A stretch of DNA of 64,000 nucleotides, from IMG/VR virus record IMGVR_UViG_2851775564_000002, positions 1 through 64,000 of that record; one strand, written 5' to 3'. The position numbers and the translations under genes were made by a program. The notes below the pieces were generated by a model. The model saw only the letters and a list, made by a program, of their open reading frames with translations, was not told where the DNA came from and made no database searches. The DNA comes from a virus (lineage: Duplodnaviria > Caudoviricetes). This document shows, one piece after another, positions 58,822 through 64,000 of this stretch. Every line of letters begins with the position of its first letter. Position 1 is the stretch's first letter.

Positions 58822-59649
58822 TTGAAACTTAAGAATTTAAGCAATATCAAATGGATTGGTGGCAAACATGGGAAAGAAGAAAGATACCTTAAGCTTATGC
58901 CTGAACATAGAATATTTGCAGATGTTTTCTTTGGATCAGGGGCAGTTACTTTTTACAAAGAAACTATAAGACCTGCTGATATGACAGTTATCAATGACAT
59001 AAATGATAGACTTGTAAATTACATGATGGTCCTAAAAGATGATCCAGGAAGTCTTTATAAAGAGTGCAACTCACTTCCGTATTCAGAGAGTTTGTATGAA
59101 AAGTGGAAATGGGAACCATGGCCAGAAGATCAACTTCAATCGGCAGTTAGGTTTTATTATTTAATGCGTGTTTGTTTTGGCGGTGGAGGTCACAAGTACA
59201 AGAATGGTATAGGGCTTTCAAAGACACAGAATAAAGCTAAACAGTTAGTTTCAGCAACGAAGTTAATCCCTAGGATGGCAGGGTTAATAAAAAACTGGAA
59301 TATACTTTGCAGGGATTTTGAAGAAGTAATAAGGTTTTATGACACCAAGGATACGTTGTTTTTCTTAGACCCACCGTATATAGGACATGAAGATATGTAT
59401 TTCGGAGGATTTAAAAGGGAAGACCACATAAGGCTAAATAAGATTCTTGAAAACATAAAAGGCAAAGCTATGGTTTGTTACTATCCGGATCCATTAGTAA
59501 ATGAATTATATTCTGATTGGTACCGAGCTGAGTATCATACGGCCAGCCAAATAAAAAAGAGAACTGATGGAGATAAGTGTCCGGTACGGACTGAATTAAT
59601 TTTAATGAATTACAAGCCAGAAGTTACAGAACAATTGAAAATTATATAA
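58822..59649 (+). CDS. Dam-like (D12) DNA adenine methyltransferase
   Basis: KWIGGK, VFFGSGAV, IND, FLDPPY. Confidence 0.88.
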   Translation: MKLKNLSNIKWIGGKHGKEERYLKLMPEHRIFADVFFGSGAVTFYKETIRPADMTVINDINDRLVNYMMVLKDDPGSLYKECNSLPYSESLYEKWKWEPWPEDQLQSAVRFYYLMRVCFGGGGHKYKNGIGLSKTQNKAKQLVSATKLIPRMAGLIKNWNILCRDFEEVIRFYDTKDTLFFLDPPYIGHEDMYFGGFKREDHIRLNKILENIKGKAMVCYYPDPLVNELYSDWYRAEYHTASQIKKRTDGDKCPVRTELILMNYKPEVTEQLKII

Positions 59650-59803
59650 AAGCACAGCACATAAATATGCAAATTTTAGTCGAAAACAGGGTAAATTTTA
59701 AGGATAGGTGTACAAGTAATATAATTACACATTTTAAAATAAAAGTTGCTTAGAATTCGTGTATGAGAGTTTTAGAATATTAAAAAAATAGTAGGTGATG
59801 AAG

Positions 59804-59968
59804 ATGGACCTCAAAACTCCTAAAGAAAAGGCAGAATGGACTTACAAAATGATACAAAGGGAAAGGCAAAATAAGAAATACGAGCAAAGGCGAATGGAAA
59901 GTGATTTGACTGCTATTGGTATAAAAGGTTTTGAAAAAACATCAAGAAGGAAGGCAAGGCAGATATGA
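59804..59968 (+). CDS. Small hypothetical protein (54 aa)
   Basis: RBS AGGTG; stop overlaps next ATG. Confidence 0.5.
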   Translation: MDLKTPKEKAEWTYKMIQRERQNKKYEQRRMESDLTAIGIKGFEKTSRRKARQI

Positions 59969-60366
59969 ACTGGACTCAAGAGGAATATGATGAGTTTTTA
60001 AAGCGAAGAGGTCAAGCAGCAGAAAAACCCAAAATTAAGGTACAAAAATATAGAAATAAAGGTGTTTGGTATGATGGATTGTATTTTAGATCTCAATTAG
60101 AGTGTCAGAGATATTGCCAACTGAAGCTATTATTTAATGCAGGAGAAATAGCAGGATTCATATTGCAGCCTGAGTTTGTTCTTCAGGAAGGCAATGGAGA
60201 AAATAAAGCAATAACGTATACTGCTGATTTTTTAATATTGAATAATGATGGAACATACGATGTTGAAGATACTAAGGGTTATGAAAGTCAGCAATGGAAA
60301 AGGACGTATAAGCAATTCAAGCTGAGATATCCTAAAGTAGATTTAAAGATATTAAGAGAGGTTTAA
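59965..60366 (+). CDS. DUF1064 family nuclease-like protein
   Basis: KYRNK..FRSQLE..LQPEF..YTADF..VEDTKG. Confidence 0.82.
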   Translation: MNWTQEEYDEFLKRRGQAAEKPKIKVQKYRNKGVWYDGLYFRSQLECQRYCQLKLLFNAGEIAGFILQPEFVLQEGNGENKAITYTADFLILNNDGTYDVEDTKGYESQQWKRTYKQFKLRYPKVDLKILREV

Positions 60367-60368
60367 AA

Positions 60369-60581
60369 ATGGATAGATGTCTTATCTGCCATAGGAAACT
60401 AAAGGATTCTGAAAGTAAGAAAAGAGGAATAGGACCGACCTGTTGGCGTAGGGTTATGAAGGTAGTTGAGGAGGACAAGGAACGGAGAAAAGCCAACATA
60501 GCCAAAAGAAGAAGATCAACTGGGGAAATACCAGGGCAGATAAATCTTTTTGAAATGGGTGAAGAGGACGAAAAAATGTAA
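60369..60581 (+). CDS. DUF6011-like zinc-finger protein
   Basis: CLICHRKLKD.ES..RGIGPTC. Confidence 0.72.
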   Translation: MDRCLICHRKLKDSESKKRGIGPTCWRRVMKVVEEDKERRKANIAKRRRSTGEIPGQINLFEMGEEDEKM

Positions 60582-60613
60582 GGAGTATGCATTATATAAG
60601 AGAAGGTGAAAAA

Positions 60614-60790
60614 ATGAGAAGTGCATGGTTAATAAATTTTAAAAATGGTTATAAAGCTATTTTATCGGAGAAAATTTATGCTGAAAAATACCAAAAAGAA
60701 ACTCCTAAAAAGGATGCTGAAAGTGAAGAACATTGGTTTAGCATGGAAAGTTGTATAGAAAAAAATCCTAATGTAGATGTATTTGATTAG
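60614..60790 (+). CDS. Hypothetical protein
   Basis: RBS AAGGTG. Confidence 0.5.
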   Translation: MRSAWLINFKNGYKAILSEKIYAEKYQKETPKKDAESEEHWFSMESCIEKNPNVDVFD

Positions 60791-60836
60791 TGTGGAAAAT
60801 GAAATTTTTACGAATCAAAGTTAAGGGGGAATTAAA

Positions 60837-61469
60837 ATGTTTTGTTTGACAAGATATGATATGAGATTTGGAGATATATTTATCCCTGCAAGAACTAAAT
60901 GTACTGTAATAAATAAGATAGTTGATGATATAGTAGACGCACCTGGAATTCAAGTGAAAATGTCTGTAGACAACTATGATATTAAAAGACATTATAAAGA
61001 AAATGAAAATAAGGTAATTAAATATAATCAAAATTTAAATGATGCTTCTCTTTATGGCTTTGTTATAGATACAAATACAGAAGCAGTTTATATGGATGCA
61101 GGAGCAAATATCTATTTTCATGCAGGCGTTTATGATTGGCAACTGGAAAAAATTTTTGGCAAAGAAAACTTGCCTAAGAATTTAATTATAGGAAAATATG
61201 AATATAACGGCAAAGATGCCAAACTTAGAACAGTTATAGAGTACCTTGAAGATGAATTTAGCGAATGGGTCCAAAATAATTGTGAGTTTTATGCTCTTGA
61301 TGAAGATGATATTGAAAATGGAGAAGGATTTGATGGGGCACAACCTGGAGACAAAATCTTATCAAGTTTTGGATTACAACAATTTTATATAAAAAAACTG
61401 GAATATCAAAACAAATTAGAAACTATTGGATTTACTTATGATTTTAAAGGCGGACTAATTTGGGACTAA
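60837..61469 (+). CDS. Hypothetical protein (repeat-flanked cassette)
   Basis: 210 aa ORF bounded exactly by two repeat copies. Confidence 0.65.
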   Translation: MFCLTRYDMRFGDIFIPARTKCTVINKIVDDIVDAPGIQVKMSVDNYDIKRHYKENENKVIKYNQNLNDASLYGFVIDTNTEAVYMDAGANIYFHAGVYDWQLEKIFGKENLPKNLIIGKYEYNGKDAKLRTVIEYLEDEFSEWVQNNCEFYALDEDDIENGEGFDGAQPGDKILSSFGLQQFYIKKLEYQNKLETIGFTYDFKGGLIWD

Positions 61470-61499
61470 ATGAAATTTTTACGTCCAGGAGGTGAAAAG

Positions 61500-61784
61500 A
61501 TGCTGGAAAGTGCAAAGGTAACATTAAGCTATAAAGAGCTTAAGGAATTGGTAGATAAAGCTGACATGTCAGAAACGTTAGATAAGGAAAATTTAAGGTT
61601 GGAAAAAGAACTTGAAGATAAGACTGAAAGAAAGGCACCAGATAAAGTATTGGATATATTGGTAAAGGCAAGTAACTGTAAAACATTGAAGGGTAAGCAA
61701 ACATATATAGAAAAATGCATTGAAATATATTGTAAATTCTTCAATATACCTATGAAAGAATTATTAATATCAGAGGAGAAATGA
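61500..61784 (+). CDS. Hypothetical protein
   Basis: RBS GGAGGTG. Confidence 0.6.
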   Translation: MLESAKVTLSYKELKELVDKADMSETLDKENLRLEKELEDKTERKAPDKVLDILVKASNCKTLKGKQTYIEKCIEIYCKFFNIPMKELLISEEK

Positions 61785-61785
61785 T

Positions 61786-61926
61786 ATGGAAGAATTAACT
61801 GAGCTAGAAAGGTTGAAACTTTCTTTAAAATACAGCATCTCAGAGAAACATAAAAAGATACTTAAATCTAAGATTGACAAAATCAAGAACAGAGGGAATA
61901 GCAGTGTGCAACAAAGCTTTTTATAG
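61786..61926 (+). CDS. Small hypothetical protein (46 aa)
   Basis: RBS GAGGAG; MEELTELERLKLSLKY.. Confidence 0.45.
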   Translation: MEELTELERLKLSLKYSISEKHKKILKSKIDKIKNRGNSSVQQSFL

Positions 61927-61936
61927 GGGTGATTGA

Positions 61937-62044
61937 GTGAAAGTATTATTTGAATTTATAGTTTTGTATATAACAGCTGCCGTAGCATGTGTTGGAATAA
62001 TGGCTGCGGGTGTAAAGATACTTAGAATTAGGCATAGACAATAA
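61937..62044 (+). CDS. 35-aa single-TM peptide
   Basis: RBS GGGGTG; MKVLFEFIVLYITAAVACVGIMAAGVKILRIRHRQ. Confidence 0.5.
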   Translation: MKVLFEFIVLYITAAVACVGIMAAGVKILRIRHRQ

Positions 62045-62069
62045 TAAAATTTAAGGGGAGGATTTCAAA

Positions 62070-62591
62070 ATGGTAGATAATAAAGAATTTAGAGATATGG
62101 GGCAAAAACTTTTTAATTATTTCAACAAGGATAAAAAGGTTAGTGTTCTAAACAAAAGGCTAGAAATTTTGAAAAAGCAAATATCTGAAATAGAGTACAA
62201 GTTAAGAAATATTGATATAGACCTCCCCGAAGAATCTAAATCAATTACTTATGAAGAGAGAGTGCAGACAAGTCCTACAGGCGAAAGCTATACCGAGAGG
62301 ACTTTACTGCGTATAACCGACAAGTTGTTAAGAGAACAGTCTTGGAAAAAAGAACAGACCGCTGATATAGAAGAAACTATTAGGAATATTGAAGCAGACA
62401 ATGCATTTATTGAAGCTAATATAAAAGACTTAAGGGCTGAGGACCAGGAGTTTTTAAAAGAGAGATATAAGTATGGAAAAAAAGATTGGCAGTTGGGAAT
62501 GGAGTTTAATATGTCTCCAGGAGGAGCTACTAAAAGAAGGCACAGACTTGTTGAAAACATAATTGATTGGGATGTATGGGTTAGTGCATAA
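62070..62591 (+). CDS. Late transcriptional activator (ArpU/RinA-like)
   Basis: ITYEERVQTS, C-terminal HTH FLKERY..WQLGMEFNMS. Confidence 0.7.
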   Translation: MVDNKEFRDMGQKLFNYFNKDKKVSVLNKRLEILKKQISEIEYKLRNIDIDLPEESKSITYEERVQTSPTGESYTERTLLRITDKLLREQSWKKEQTADIEETIRNIEADNAFIEANIKDLRAEDQEFLKERYKYGKKDWQLGMEFNMSPGGATKRRHRLVENIIDWDVWVSA

Positions 62592-62752
62592 AATGAAATT
62601 TGGATAAACAAGTATAAATATTACAGGTTAATGCCAGATGGTCAAAAGATGTTCTATTCAGTTGAGCATATTGGGAAATATACCGTTGAAGAAATAGAAA
62701 AGGCTTTTAAAAAAATAAGTTAGCCAGAATCAACTAGCCAACTTATAAAGTA

Positions 62753-63115
62753 TTATTTTATAAAATGTTTTACTATATCGGGGGCTTTTTCTATTAACAC
62801 TGGTAAACTTACGGAAGCTAAATGTTTAGTTGCATCTTTTAATTTAGACCAAACTTTATCGTCTCTAATATTTGATATATAAATATTACCTTCCCAAGAT
62901 AAGCCAGCAATATCTTGAGGAGCATCATCAGCATAACTAACTGAATTGACTAAATTAGCTTGATCAATTTGTCTTACATGATAATTAATAACATCCGAGC
63001 TGTATTTTTGTAATTTAGATTTTAAATCAGAAACAGAAACAAAAGGGTATTCATCAGTTGTGTGTTCTTCAATATAAAGAAGAATGTCTCGTATACAGTC
63101 ATTATTTAAACGCAT
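62753..63115 (-). CDS. DUF2513-like moron protein
   Basis: MRLNNDCIRDILLYIEE..LSWEG..IRDDKVW. Confidence 0.78.
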   Translation of the reverse strand: MRLNNDCIRDILLYIEEHTTDEYPFVSVSDLKSKLQKYSSDVINYHVRQIDQANLVNSVSYADDAPQDIAGLSWEGNIYISNIRDDKVWSKLKDATKHLASVSLPVLIEKAPDIVKHFIK

Positions 63116-63262
63116 AATATCACTACCTTTCTAGGTGATAATTCTATAAAAGTAAAACAAACCCTTTGGAAGAATATAGAACGAAAAGTAAGTATATTTA
63201 AAATTATAAATATTAATGCATAAAATGAAATTTTAACGAATCAAAATTAAGGAGGAATTTAA

Positions 63263-63481
63263 ATGAGTAAATGTAAAAAGGAATTTGAATGCGGTGGAAA
63301 TTGTTGGATGAATGTCGCTGGTGATGGAGCTGTTTGGGATGTATTATCCGACCATTGTACAGGAACTTCAAAAGAACAAAAACTTATGGATGATTTTTTT
63401 AATGGAAGAAAAAACAAAGAGAAAGTATATGCAAAGTTTAATCTTTCAGAAGCAGAAAAATTAATTATAGAAAATAATTAA
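63263..63481 (+). CDS. Hypothetical Cys-containing protein
   Basis: RBS AAGGAGG within the repeat. Confidence 0.6.
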   Translation: MSKCKKEFECGGNCWMNVAGDGAVWDVLSDHCTGTSKEQKLMDDFFNGRKNKEKVYAKFNLSEAEKLIIENN

Positions 63482-63657
63482 GTACTCATTTCAAAGATTT
63501 TGTTTATCAATATATCAGGAAGTAATGAGTAAGTAGGTAGTAATCAAATTGGAACTACAAAGGAATTAAAATCTTGCCAAAATGTAATATAATAAATATA
63601 TAGGCGAGTGAGCCTAAATAAAATAAATTTAATATAAATGTACTGTGTTTAATACAG

Positions 63658-63690
63658 AATAAGCACCTAGGCAATACTTGGTGCTTTATT
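63658..63690. terminator. Terminator-like hairpin
   Basis: aagcacc-taggcaatactt-ggtgctt. Confidence 0.55.
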
Positions 63691-63844
63691 CATAGAATAT
63701 TAAAAAAATATATATAAACAAGTAACAAAAATTACACAAAACCATAATATTTACTATATATAATAATAATTGTCCTAAGGAAATAACCCTTACAGAAAAA
63801 ATTGAAAAGTGTATAATAAGTTCCCTTTATTATATAAATAAACT

Positions 63845-63878
63845 TAAGCACTAGGTGATTATACTGGTGCTTATTTTT
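63845..63878 (+). terminator. Terminator-like hairpin
   Basis: taagcactag..ctggtgctta ttttt. Confidence 0.6.
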
Positions 63879-64000
63879 ATGCCTATAAATAAATGGATGC
63901 GAACTAATTTCACATCCATTTAACTAAGATAATTGTTAGCTTTTAATATTAAGTTTTTCTTTAAGAGCTGATTGAATAACTTGTGAAAAATTTATACTAT

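Larger units (their letters stand above)
60788..63265 (+). repeat. Dispersed intergenic repeat AAATGAAATTT(TTACGAATCAAA) at 60796, 61467, 62590, 63222
   Basis: 60796-60839 and 63222-63265 are 40/44 identical; the others share the core. Confidence 0.75.
47352..64000. mobile_element. Prophage 2 (tyrosine integrase; continues past right edge)
   Basis: int-immA-repressor/cro-YqaJ/RecT-rep-late activator order. Confidence 0.88.

Noticed and set aside
58822-59649. Restriction-modification system
   Set aside because: Orphan methylase with no adjacent restriction endonuclease; the same applies to 15440..16663
1032-62611. Many short ORFs antisense to or nested in long genes (e.g. 1032, 3261, 15217, 24854, 40481, 45598, 56383, 62288)
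   Set aside because: They overlap well-supported genes and lack RBS or motifs
60796-63265. CRISPR array from the dispersed repeat
   Set aside because: Spacing is irregular (0.6-1.1 kb) and the intervals contain whole genes

Overview
AT-rich, Clostridium-like chromosomal window holding two tandem prophages. Prophage 1 runs from beyond the left edge to about 47315. It is a cos-type siphovirus of the PolA/VirE-primase/SNF2 class with tandem large serine recombinases. Its modules are: an ImmA-HTH-ImmA regulatory block, replication, HNH/cos, ParB-methylase, an amidoligase cassette, terminase, HK97-type head, tail, holin/amidase, and recombinases. Its cargo includes a three-gene Lamassu/ABC-three-component anti-phage system wedged between terL and portal, single-gene morons, and an uncharacterised three-gene operon after the recombinases. 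Its right junction abuts an orphan 3' end of rlmD/rumA (HVETVVKLSRK*), a known integration hotspot. Prophage 2 starts there and runs off the right edge. It has a tyrosine integrase with a LexA box, a lysogeny region with two nested repressor/cro-like switches, YqaJ/RecT, a Rep with iterons, a Dam-like methylase, and small genes delimited by a shared ~25-44 bp repeat suggestive of cassette shuffling. All family assignments come from motif recognition by eye, not from database searches.
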